Origin: an uncultured bacterium
Lineage (GTDB): Bacteria > Planctomycetota > UBA1135 > GCA-002686595
Direction: 5' to 3'
NCBI GenBank assembly: GCA_943787795.1
Contig: CALSNU010000002.1
Coordinates: forward strand, 576,001 to 640,000
DNA: 64,000 nt
The notes beneath the pieces were generated by a model. It was not told the DNA's origin. It saw only the letters and a program-made list of their open reading frames with translations, and ran no database searches. Made by a program: the position numbers and the translations under genes. Positions 1-8,368 of the stretch are shown here, in pieces (the stretch's first letter is position 1; each line of letters begins with the position of its first letter).

Positions 1-543
1 CTCAGCCCGCTGAACGTGCTGCTCCGTGTGGAGCTTTGGCAGGGCGACCCGGACTTCGACTGCAACGATTACTCGATGGTGATTGGTGGGTCCGGCTGTA
101 GCGGCGGCGGCGGCGGCGTTGGCACCCCTTACTGCACGGCGAACGTCAACTCGACCGGCTCCATCGCCAACACGACGGGCTCTGGCTCGGACGTCGCGGC
201 TGACAACAACCTGACGCTCAGCACGTCGAGCCTGCCGGCGAACTCCTTCGCCTTCTACCTCGCCAGCACGACGCAGGGCTTCGCGCCGAACCCCGGTGGG
301 AGCCAGGGCAACCTCTGCCTGTCGGGCTCCATTGGCCGGTATGTCGGCCCTGGCCAGATCCAGCAGGCGAACGCGGTGGGGGCCATCAGCCTCGCGCTGG
401 ACCTGACCCAGATTCCCCAGCCCACGGGCTTTGTGACCGCCATCGCCGGTGACACCTGGAACTTCCAGGCCTGGTACCGTGACGCGGTCGGCGGCTCGGC
501 GACGTCCAACTTCACGGACGGACTCTCGGTCACATTCCAGTGA
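1..543 (+). CDS. 5'-truncated, probably secreted protein with a conserved C-terminal ~140-aa domain (YC..N.NSTG / NPGGSQG.LCL.G.IGRY / W.FQAWYRD / SNFTDG)
   Basis: The frame is open from the window start to TGA 541-543. A Gly linker precedes a domain that aligns by eye with the C-terminus of 63140..64000. Confidence 0.85.
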   Translation, partial: LSPLNVLLRVELWQGDPDFDCNDYSMVIGGSGCSGGGGGVGTPYCTANVNSTGSIANTTGSGSDVAADNNLTLSTSSLPANSFAFYLASTTQGFAPNPGGSQGNLCLSGSIGRYVGPGQIQQANAVGAISLALDLTQIPQPTGFVTAIAGDTWNFQAWYRDAVGGSATSNFTDGLSVTFQ

Positions 544-570
544 TCGCCAGGTGACTCGGTGGCCGGTTTC

Positions 571-634
571 TTCGGTGACCGGGTCATTCGGTGACTGGGT
601 CATTCTGTGACCGGGTCATTCTGTGACCGGGGGC
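571..634. repeat. 16-bp tandem repeat x4 (TTCKGTGACYGGGTCA) with internal palindrome TGACCnGGTCA
   Basis: Units at 571, 587, 603 and 619 (last one degenerate), read directly. Confidence 0.9.
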
Positions 635-649
635 CGCGAGGCCTCAGGC

Positions 650-684
650 AGCGCCCCGCCCCGGCAAGTCCGGAGCGGGGCGCT
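650..684. terminator. GC-rich hairpin between convergent genes (terminator or REP-like)
   Basis: AGCGCCCCGCCCCGG-caagt-CCGGAGCGGGGCGCT, one mismatch, no U-tract. Confidence 0.6.
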
Positions 685-740
685 TGCTGTACAGGGCCCG
701 AGTGGGGTGCCCGGCTCTTGGGGGCTCGGCCAGTGGAGGC

Positions 741-1703
741 TCAGCTGGGGCCCGGACGGAGTGGGCCCTCGCCGAGTCGCTGGCCAGGCTCGAGCCGCGC
801 GCCGTTGAGGAAGGCCTCGTCATCCATGGCCCCCTTGCCCGCAGGTTTCAGCCGGCGGAGGCGAACCGCGCCACCCTCCGCCTGAACGACCAGGCCGCGC
901 CCGGCCAGCAGGGTCCCGGGCTCTGCGTCGGGCACTCGGGGGGCGACCTCGACCGGTGCGGCCTCCAGGACGACGAGGTCTCGTCCATCCGGGAGGCGGG
1001 TGCGGGCGCCAGGCCAGGTGGTCATGGCCCGGACGTGTCGGGAGACGGCCGCGGGCGGCAGGCTGAAGTCGATCCGGCCGTCCTCTTTGGTGAGCTTGGG
1101 GGCGAGGGTGATGAGGGAGGCGTCCTGTGGCGTGTATTCGGCAGCGCCCGACTCGATCTGGTCGAGGGCCTCCACGGCTGCCTGGGCGCCGAGGGCGGCG
1201 AGTCGTTCGAACAGGTCCGCGGAGGTCTCATCGGGACCAATCCTGGTCGGGCGAGCCAGCAGGACATCGCCCGCGTCGAGGGCCAGGACCATGCGCTGAA
1301 TCGATACGCCGGTCTCTTCATCCCCAGCGGCGACGGCGCGCTGGATCGGTGAGGCGCCGCGCCAGCGGGGCAGGAGCGACCCGTGGACGTTGAGGGCTCC
1401 GTGGGGGCAGAGCTCGAGGATGTCCGTGCGGAGGATCTCCCCGTAGCTGGCGACCATGAGCGCGTCGGCGCCGAGCGCCGCGAGCGCGGCCACGAAGTCG
1501 GCGTCCTTCGTGGAGGCCGGCTGGAGCACGGGGAGGCCGGCCTCATCCGCGAGGATCGCCAGCTCGGACCGAGAAACACCGCGCCCCCGACCGCGGGGGC
1601 GATCGGGGGGCGTGACGAGGCCGAGGACCTCGTGTGGGCTCTCGAGGAGCCGGCGAAGGATCGGCGTCGCGAAGGGCGGCGATCCCAGGAATACGACGCG
1701 CAT
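741..1703 (-). CDS. fmt: Methionyl-tRNA formyltransferase
   Basis: MRVVFLGSPPFA, PDRPRGRG, NVHGSLLPRWRGASPIQ, LDAGD and APKLTKEDG motifs. Confidence 0.97.
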   Translation of the reverse strand: MRVVFLGSPPFATPILRRLLESPHEVLGLVTPPDRPRGRGRGVSRSELAILADEAGLPVLQPASTKDADFVAALAALGADALMVASYGEILRTDILELCPHGALNVHGSLLPRWRGASPIQRAVAAGDEETGVSIQRMVLALDAGDVLLARPTRIGPDETSADLFERLAALGAQAAVEALDQIESGAAEYTPQDASLITLAPKLTKEDGRIDFSLPPAAVSRHVRAMTTWPGARTRLPDGRDLVVLEAAPVEVAPRVPDAEPGTLLAGRGLVVQAEGGAVRLRRLKPAGKGAMDDEAFLNGARLEPGQRLGEGPLRPGPS

Positions 1704-1742
1704 GGGCGGTCAGTGGAGGGGGCGCAGCGCGCCGCCTTGCCC

Positions 1743-2069
1743 TCAGACGTGCGGGTCGACGAGGCCCTTCAGGCCGTCGTACTTGAGCGCACCGATCACC
1801 TGCTCCTGCACCTCACCGCCCTTGACGACGACGAAGGTCGGGATGGAGGTGATGCCGTACTTCGAGGCCGTCTCCATGTTGTCCTGGGTGTTGAGCTTCA
1901 CGACCTTGATCTTGCCTGCGTACTCCTCGGCGAGCTTCTCCACGTAGGGGAGCATGGCCTTGCAGGGTCCGCACCAGGGCGCCCAAAAATCGACGAGGAC
2001 GGGCTGATCGGAGCCGAGGACGTCGGTGTCCCAGCTGGCGTCGGAGGTTTCGGTGAGGGTGCTGCTCAT
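1743..2069 (-). CDS. trxA: Thioredoxin
   Basis: VLVDFWAPWCGPCK and SIPT motifs. Start placed at ATG 2069 (108 aa). Confidence 0.95.
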   Translation of the reverse strand: MSSTLTETSDASWDTDVLGSDQPVLVDFWAPWCGPCKAMLPYVEKLAEEYAGKIKVVKLNTQDNMETASKYGITSIPTFVVVKGGEVQEQVIGALKYDGLKGLVDPHV

Positions 2070-2222
2070 CTTTCGGTGTGGGGCGAGCGAGGGGTGAACC
2101 TCGCGGGCTTCGGTGGGGTCCGGCCGCGCCGGTGGGGCTGCGCCGTTGGGCAAGAGAGGATCGTCGCTCGACCCCGTCGGCTCAAGGGTCGATGGTCCGG
2201 TCAGAGCGATGAGGGGAGCTTA

Positions 2223-3359
2223 TCAGTCCGCGGTGGACGAGGAGCCCGTCGAGAGCGGCTCTTCCGGCTCAGCGGGGTCGTTGGCGGCCTCTTCATTGGA
2301 CTCGTCGCTGGGAGGGGCCTCTTCGCCGGCCTTCTCATCGGCGGAGTCCAGGGCCTGGTCCAACTCCTCGGAGTCCTCGTCCATGAAGCGCGAGGCCTTG
2401 ATCAGGTCGTCGAGGTCGCTCTCCCCGTCCTCGGGGGCGGACCACTTCAGGGTGATGTCCTCCCCCTGGGTGTCCTGGTGGGCAGACACCAGGCCGATCT
2501 TCATCAGCTCGAGGAGGGCGCAGAAGGCGCCGACCATTCCCTCGCGGGTCGGCACGTCGCCCATGGCGTCCACGAGGTCCTGGAGGGTCGCGCCGCCAGG
2601 GCGACTGCGGACGGCGGACCCGATGGACTGTACGTACCAACGAAGGGGTCGAGGGTCGCCCTTGATGGTGTGCGGCCGGCCCGCCAGGGTCTCCCGCATC
2701 AGCCGCGAGAAGGTGGCGAGCAGGTCCCAGGAGCTGACCTCTCCGAGGTCGTAGCTGCGCTCCGGCTCGTTATCGGTGACCTCGCGGCGATACCCCCGGG
2801 AGTGCTCCAGGGTGCGCCGGTGGAAGCGGTCCTCAAGATCGTCGGAGGCGCCCTTGAAGCGGCGATACTCGATCAGGCGCTGGATCAGCTCGTCCTGGGG
2901 ATCGAGGTCGTCTTCCAGCTCGACCTCCTCGCGGGGCAGGAGCGACCGTGACTTGATCGCCATGAGCGTCGCGGCGATGACGAGGTACTCGCCCGCCACC
3001 TCGATATCGAGGCCCTTGAGGGCCTGGACATGATCCATGTAGGACTTGGCCACGTCGGCGAGCCGAATGTCCTGGATCTCGACCTCCTGCTCCTTCACAA
3101 GGTGCAGGAGCAGGTCGAGGGGCCCCTGGAAGACCTCTTCGAGCGACACGGTGAAGTCCTCGGTGCGCCGCGCGTCGGCGCCTGCCGCGCTGGAACCGCT
3201 CTCTGCTCTGGACCCGGTGTCTGCGACGGAACCCGTGTCCCCGGCGGGCTCTGTGTCCGCGGCGGGCTCTGCCTCCGCAGGCCCCTCGGCCTCTTGCTCC
3301 GCACTCTCGTGCTGGGCCGGATCGTCTTGGGCCGGGTCGGTCATCTCGGTGCTCGTCAT
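2223..3359 (-). CDS. scpA: Segregation and condensation protein A, with acidic N- and C-terminal extensions
   Basis: FQGPLDLLLHL, EYLVIAATLMAIKSRSLLP, LIEYRRFK and FCALLELMK. Start ATG 3359 lies 4 bp after the upstream stop. Confidence 0.9.
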   Translation of the reverse strand: MTSTEMTDPAQDDPAQHESAEQEAEGPAEAEPAADTEPAGDTGSVADTGSRAESGSSAAGADARRTEDFTVSLEEVFQGPLDLLLHLVKEQEVEIQDIRLADVAKSYMDHVQALKGLDIEVAGEYLVIAATLMAIKSRSLLPREEVELEDDLDPQDELIQRLIEYRRFKGASDDLEDRFHRRTLEHSRGYRREVTDNEPERSYDLGEVSSWDLLATFSRLMRETLAGRPHTIKGDPRPLRWYVQSIGSAVRSRPGGATLQDLVDAMGDVPTREGMVGAFCALLELMKIGLVSAHQDTQGEDITLKWSAPEDGESDLDDLIKASRFMDEDSEELDQALDSADEKAGEEAPPSDESNEEAANDPAEPEEPLSTGSSSTAD

Positions 3360-3363
3360 GGAA

Positions 3364-4056
3364 TCAGCCTGCGCCGAGGAGGCTGAAGATCCCCTCGACC
3401 GCGCCGGCGAGCCAATCGTAGAGGGCGCCCATCCCGCCGAGCAAGGCATCCTGCCCGCCCGGCACGAAGAAGAGCAGCGCGAAGAGGATCGGGATCCCCA
3501 GGGGCGTCAAGGCGTTGAACGGCACCCGGAGGCGGTCGGGCAGGAGGAAGGTCAGGACCCGCGACCCGTCCAGGGGGGGGATCGGGATCATGTTGAACAC
3601 GGTCAGCAGGATGTTGAACTGCACCGCGCCCCTCAGGATCTCCGCGCCCATGTCCTGGGGCCCGAGAGCTCCCGCGATCAGGAGGCTCTTGAGGGCGACC
3701 ATGGCCAGGAAGGCCAGGATCAGGTTCGTGACCGGGCCCGCGAGCGCGACCCACATCATGTCCCGGTAGGGGTGCCGCAGCCGGCCCATGTTGACCGGCA
3801 CGGGCTTCGCGCCGCCGAACATGAACGGCCGCGTGTCCAGCACCGCGGGGAGTACGAAGAAGAGCATCCCCGGCAGCAGGATGGTGAGCACGGGGTCGAT
3901 GCTCTTGATCGGGTTGAGCGTCACGCGGCCGAGGCGCTTCGCGGTGTCGTCTCCACACCAGTTGGCGACGGCGGCGTGGGCCGCCTCGTGGAGGGCCAGG
4001 GCGAAGATCAGGATCGCGACGAGCGCGGCTCCGACGATGTATTTCTCAGGGGGCAC
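3364..4056 (-). CDS. Site-2 protease (peptidase M50 family)
   Basis: HEAAH zinc motif, GRVTLNP, AKPVPVN, ALAGP and FNMIPIPPLDGS. Confidence 0.93.
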   Translation of the reverse strand: MPPEKYIVGAALVAILIFALALHEAAHAAVANWCGDDTAKRLGRVTLNPIKSIDPVLTILLPGMLFFVLPAVLDTRPFMFGGAKPVPVNMGRLRHPYRDMMWVALAGPVTNLILAFLAMVALKSLLIAGALGPQDMGAEILRGAVQFNILLTVFNMIPIPPLDGSRVLTFLLPDRLRVPFNALTPLGIPILFALLFFVPGGQDALLGGMGALYDWLAGAVEGIFSLLGAG

Positions 4057-4086
4057 GGGCGCATCCTAGTCCGCTCGACCCGCGGC

Positions 4087-4560
4087 TCACCCAAGACAGT
4101 CCTCGAAGAGCGTCTCGTCGAGCTCTCCGTGGGCATCCAGGGCGTCGGCAACCCGCGCCACCAGCTCCTCCACGCCAGGGTCGAGGAGCAGCGTTCGCAC
4201 CTCCCGAGCCCAGCGCTCCACCACGCGCTTCTGGCCCTCCTCTTCCCGCTCGAGGACCCCAGCGCAGCGCTCGATCTCCTGCCAGTCCGCCTCCCAGGCG
4301 GCCAGGACGTGCATGTCGTCGAGGTCGTGGCCCCCGAAGCGCTCCACCTCGGCGATCGGCCCCGCAAGGGCCACGCGCCCGGAGAGGCTGGCAACGGAGG
4401 CCTCGTCTGACGCGCCCCATTCGATCGCCGAGCGAGCTCCGTATCCGTCTTCTTCGGGCTCGAGGCTGACGCTGACGACCCGGCCGCCAAGCAGGTGGGC
4501 GATCACCGCGTGTCCGGCTTCATGCCAGGCTTCGATTTCGGTGGGGTCGGGGCTCGCCAT
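4087..4560 (-). CDS. Small HExxH metallopeptidase-like protein (M41/M50B-like, stand-alone)
   Basis: AWHEAGHAVIA and LAGPIAE motifs resemble the FtsH M41 protease domain. No AAA domain. Confidence 0.75.
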   Translation of the reverse strand: MASPDPTEIEAWHEAGHAVIAHLLGGRVVSVSLEPEEDGYGARSAIEWGASDEASVASLSGRVALAGPIAEVERFGGHDLDDMHVLAAWEADWQEIERCAGVLEREEEGQKRVVERWAREVRTLLLDPGVEELVARVADALDAHGELDETLFEDCLG

Positions 4561-4600
4561 GGCCCCAGGATATCGCTCTGATCATTCCCCGAGCGAGCCC

Positions 4601-5368
4601 ATGGCACCCACCCAAGAATCATCCCGGCCGGCAGAGCGACCGGAAGATCACCGGCCGGCCGCCCCCCGAGCTGCGCTGGGGCCCCTTCGGGTGGCGCTGC
4701 GCTGCGCGGTTGTCCTGCTGGCGCCGATCGGCCTCTACCTGCTCACGGCGGAGCTGGCGATGCGCGTGCCCGTCCACTCGGGGGCGGATCCGGACGGCGG
4801 CGAGGTGGACGTCTACCTCGTGACCAACGGGGTCCACGTCGCCGTCTGGCTTCCCACCGTCCGGCCCGAGCGGGATTGGTCAAGGTGGCTCCCACCCGAG
4901 GTTCCGGCGCGCGCGGGCGGGTACGTGGAGTTCGGGTGGGGGGACCACGACTTCTACCTCAAGGTGCCCACATGGGAGGACCTCACCGCGGGCGTGGCCC
5001 TGCGCGGGGCGCTGCTCCCGACGCGCTCCGCCATGCGCGCCACCGCCTACAGGGGGCCCCCGATCCCCGGCGAGCACGTCCACCGGTTGTCCGTCGACGG
5101 GGACGGCTACCGGTCGCTGGTCAGATTCGTGGACCGCGGGTTTCAGCTCGATGACAGCGGCCGACCGATCCTGCTGGCGGCGCCGGGCTATGGAAGCTCG
5201 GATCGCTTCTTCGAGGGCCGCGGGAGCTACCACCTCTTCACGACGTGCAACACCTGGGCGAACGGGGCGGTGAAGGCCATGGGGCAGCGAGCGGCGCTGT
5301 GGACCCCGTTCGAGCGGGGCGCGCGCCACCACCTGCCGCGGAACCTGGGCGAGGATCGTCCGCGCTGA
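4601..5368 (+). CDS. TIGR02117/DUF2459-like protein
   Basis: NGVH, FGWGD..FY, PTW, FFEGRGSYHLFTTCNTW and WTPF motifs, plus an N-terminal TM helix. Confidence 0.8.
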   Translation: MAPTQESSRPAERPEDHRPAAPRAALGPLRVALRCAVVLLAPIGLYLLTAELAMRVPVHSGADPDGGEVDVYLVTNGVHVAVWLPTVRPERDWSRWLPPEVPARAGGYVEFGWGDHDFYLKVPTWEDLTAGVALRGALLPTRSAMRATAYRGPPIPGEHVHRLSVDGDGYRSLVRFVDRGFQLDDSGRPILLAAPGYGSSDRFFEGRGSYHLFTTCNTWANGAVKAMGQRAALWTPFERGARHHLPRNLGEDRPR

Positions 5369-5388
5369 GCGGGCAGTGGGCCCCCTTG

Positions 5389-5510
5389 TTGGAGGGACCC
5401 CTGCTTGGAGGGACCCCTGCTTGGTGGGCCCAGGGCCGGAAAGCCCAGATGCGGTGGGCCCAGGTGCGGTGGGCCCAGATGCAGCTGGCGCAGCGTCGGT
5501 GGGCGCAGGG
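5389..5510. repeat. Two adjacent degenerate tandem arrays: 16-bp TTGGAGGGACCCCTGC x3 and 15-bp GCCCAGATGCGGTGG x4
   Basis: Units at 5389/5405/5421 and 5443/5458/5473/5488. Confidence 0.85.
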
Positions 5511-5518
5511 GATGGGGC

Positions 5519-6088
5519 TCAGCGTGGACGTCGCAGGTTCACGGGTTCGCGGGACCGCTCGACCAGGTAGCGGTCAATCTCCGCCCGTGGGGGGAGCGGC
5601 GTGCCCCGTAGGCTGTCCATGAACCAGCGCGCCTCGGGCAGGGCCATGCGGCGGATTCCTCCGACCGAGGAGCCTCCGACCTTGCGCCGGAACAGCACGC
5701 GTGAACGCACGCGGTGGGGGGTGTACCCGCCATCCCCGGGGGCGGCGTAGACGTACGCGCTCTGGAGCGGCGGGGCGGCGTCCGGGCGGGCTCCGGGCGG
5801 ATGGATCGCGTGCCGGCTGAGGTCGATGGTCAGGGCGCCTTCCCGGAGGCGCTCGTCCTCTGCGGCGAGGAAGGCCCTGACCAGGGTGTCGCCGAGCCTG
5901 GGGTCTCTGCTGGTGGCGCGGTTCGCCGCGACGTGGGCAGCCCACAGTCGCTCATCGGTGGAGGCCTCGTCATCGAAGGCGATGCGCAGCGCCTCCTCAG
6001 TGGACGTGTGCTTCAACGCCGCGACGAGGACCATCCCGAGCGCGGTGGCCACGAGGAGGATGTGGGGGGCCCAGCTGCGCGCCTTCAA
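5519..6088 (-). CDS. Hypothetical membrane-anchored protein
   Basis: TTG start overlaps the TGA of the upstream glycosyltransferase (TTGA). N-terminal hydrophobic helix. Confidence 0.6.
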   Translation of the reverse strand: MKARSWAPHILLVATALGMVLVAALKHTSTEEALRIAFDDEASTDERLWAAHVAANRATSRDPRLGDTLVRAFLAAEDERLREGALTIDLSRHAIHPPGARPDAAPPLQSAYVYAAPGDGGYTPHRVRSRVLFRRKVGGSSVGGIRRMALPEARWFMDSLRGTPLPPRAEIDRYLVERSREPVNLRRPR

Positions 6089-7611
6089 GGCGTCACCCCG
6101 AGGGCCATCTGGGCCGCGGCCACGGTCTCGGGCCAGGAGATCCACCAGAGTCCAGCGAGGACCGTCAGCGTCAGGGCGAGACCCACGGCTCGCGGCCGGG
6201 ATCGAACCTGCAGCCCGTGGGACAGGAACCCCGCGGACAAGGCGATCAGGACGGGCTCGAGGGGCACCCGGAAGCGCGACATCGCCACGAGGAGCGACGT
6301 CAACACGACGTAGCCGATGAGCACGGAGAAGACCGTGCGGCACGGACCTCGACGTAGCGTGAGGAAGTAGCCGGCGGCGCCGAGGGCCATCGTGAGCGAC
6401 GAGATCAGGAGGGCAAGGAGCACCAGGGGGACGCGCAGGGCTCCGTGGACCGCGCCGCCTTCTGGGTACATGCCCATGGCCTGGTGGCGGGTGAAGAAGG
6501 AGAGCGGGGTGACGAGCTCGCTCCACTTCTTGAGGCGCGTTCGGAGGGTCCAGGCGGGGTGTTCCACGGCGAAGGCGAGTCCGGCGCGGAGCTGACTGGA
6601 GTGACGGTCGATCGCGTGGATGGACTCGAACTCCCGGTCCCATCCCGCATCCCTCACCTCGATCTCGCCGTTGCCATCTCGGTCCACCGGCGTCCAGCCG
6701 GCGGGGACCTCGGTGAAAGAGCTCCTGGCCAGGGTCTCGATCTGTGGGAGGCCCAGGTCCGCCCTTCGCTTGCGGAGGGGGAGGACGTCAAAGTTCATGG
6801 AGCGCGCATTCAGCCCCACGTAGACGTTCTCGCCCAGCGTGGCGCCACCGACGACGGTCCGACCGTAGACCTCATGGTTGCGCAGCGTCCAGGGGAGGGT
6901 GACCACAGCCACCGCGAGGAGGGGCAGCGTCGCGCGCCGCAGGGCCTCACCCAGCCCTGCTCCGCGGGATCGCCACGCCATCACGGCGGCGAGGATCGGC
7001 ACAAGGAAGAGGACGTACTCCTTGATGTAGAGCGCGAGTCCGAAGAGGACTCCGCTGAGGAGGAGTCGGAGAGTCGCCTCGTGATCCTCTCCCTCATCCG
7101 CGCGATCCAGGGCGCGGACGAAGTGCCAGAGCGCGGGGAGCAGCAGCGACAGGAAGACCGTCTCCGTCCAGAGGAAGTGGGTGTACGCGCCGAGCGGTAG
7201 GTCCACAGCCCAGAGCGCCCCCGCGATGATCGCTGCGCGTCGCGAGAACAGGCGCCACGCGAAGAGCATGGTGGTCACCCCGATGACGCTGGAGAGCGCC
7301 ACCTGGAGCGCCCGGAGCACGTTGAGCCCGTCGATCCCGAAGGCGTGGATCGACTTGGAGATGAGCCACGGATAGCCCGGCGGCCAGAAGTAGCGGTGCT
7401 GGTCGAGGTAGATCCCCAGGCGCTCCTTCACCAGGGCCAGGTAGAGGTAGTTCGCCTCGTCCGACTGGATATCAAGCGGCAGTACGAGCCACAGCAGGAT
7501 CCCCCGCAAGGCCACCCCGACAAGGGCGATGATGGCGATCGCCCTCCAGGGCACGCGCGCCAGCGGGCTCGCGGGCCTCGGGCTGTTGGCGTCGGTGGAG
7601 GCGGCGTTCAT
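6085..7611 (-). CDS. GT-C fold membrane glycosyltransferase (ArnT/PMT_2 type)
   Basis: SDEANY, PPGYP, WTETVF, PWTLRN and SRFRVP motifs, with many TM helices. Confidence 0.85.
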   Translation of the reverse strand: MNAASTDANSPRPASPLARVPWRAIAIIALVGVALRGILLWLVLPLDIQSDEANYLYLALVKERLGIYLDQHRYFWPPGYPWLISKSIHAFGIDGLNVLRALQVALSSVIGVTTMLFAWRLFSRRAAIIAGALWAVDLPLGAYTHFLWTETVFLSLLLPALWHFVRALDRADEGEDHEATLRLLLSGVLFGLALYIKEYVLFLVPILAAVMAWRSRGAGLGEALRRATLPLLAVAVVTLPWTLRNHEVYGRTVVGGATLGENVYVGLNARSMNFDVLPLRKRRADLGLPQIETLARSSFTEVPAGWTPVDRDGNGEIEVRDAGWDREFESIHAIDRHSSQLRAGLAFAVEHPAWTLRTRLKKWSELVTPLSFFTRHQAMGMYPEGGAVHGALRVPLVLLALLISSLTMALGAAGYFLTLRRGPCRTVFSVLIGYVVLTSLLVAMSRFRVPLEPVLIALSAGFLSHGLQVRSRPRAVGLALTLTVLAGLWWISWPETVAAAQMALGVTP

Positions 7612-7887
7612 GGGGAGGCTGTGGACCGTGTGGTCGCGCGGTCGTGGGAGAGGATAGCACCGGGCCGGGTCCCTCCATCGTTCGAGCCGCGACCCGTGGA
7701 GCGCGGGGCCGGGTGCGAACCTCGCGCGCAGGCGGCATGATAGGGCCATGAAGTGGACGACACTCTCCGGGCCCGCAGGGCTCTGGTCTGACCCCGGCCA
7801 CACCGATGGGCACGTGGCGCTCGTCAGGTCGGCTGAACTCGGACCGGCGCCTGACCCCGGCGCGAGTCAGGCCGCGGCGGGAGTGAA

Positions 7888-8349
7888 TTGGACATGAGTA
7901 TGGATGGGGAGCCGACGGCGTCCGGTGCGCCGGATCTCGTGCACCGGCACGTGCGAGTCGGGTGGCTGGCGCTGCTGGTCTTCCTTGCGGGCGGCATCGC
8001 GCTTGAAGCTCTCCACGGCTTCAAGGTGGACGCCTACCTGGGCGTGGATAACGAGACCCGGAAGCACCTCTGGACCCTCGCTCATGCCCACGGGACGCTG
8101 CTCGGCCTCGTGAACCTCGCCTTCGCGTGGACCCTGACGCGCGCCCCGGGGTTCTCCGCCGGAGCGCGATCAGTGGCCTCTCGCTGCATGATCGGCGCCA
8201 CGGTGCTGATGCCCGCAGGGTTCTTCCTGGGGGGGGTCGTCTTCTACGGCGGCGACCCTGGTGTGGGGATCTTGCTGCTCCCGATCGGCGCCGTGCTCCT
8301 GCTGGTCGCCGTGGCGCTGACGCTGCGCGGGACCCGGGTGGCGGGCTGA
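7888..8349 (+). CDS. Hypothetical 4-TM membrane protein with AHAHG motif
   Basis: Four hydrophobic segments, LAHAHGTLLGLVNL and PAGFFLGG. Start may be a few codons later. Confidence 0.75.
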   Translation: MDMSMDGEPTASGAPDLVHRHVRVGWLALLVFLAGGIALEALHGFKVDAYLGVDNETRKHLWTLAHAHGTLLGLVNLAFAWTLTRAPGFSAGARSVASRCMIGATVLMPAGFFLGGVVFYGGDPGVGILLLPIGAVLLLVAVALTLRGTRVAG

Positions 8350-8368
8350 TAAGGCCTCCGCGGGCGGG

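Noticed and set aside
571..634. CRISPR array (also considered for the other tandem arrays)
   Set aside because: Units are 13-16 bp, head-to-tail with no unique spacers, and there are no cas genes.
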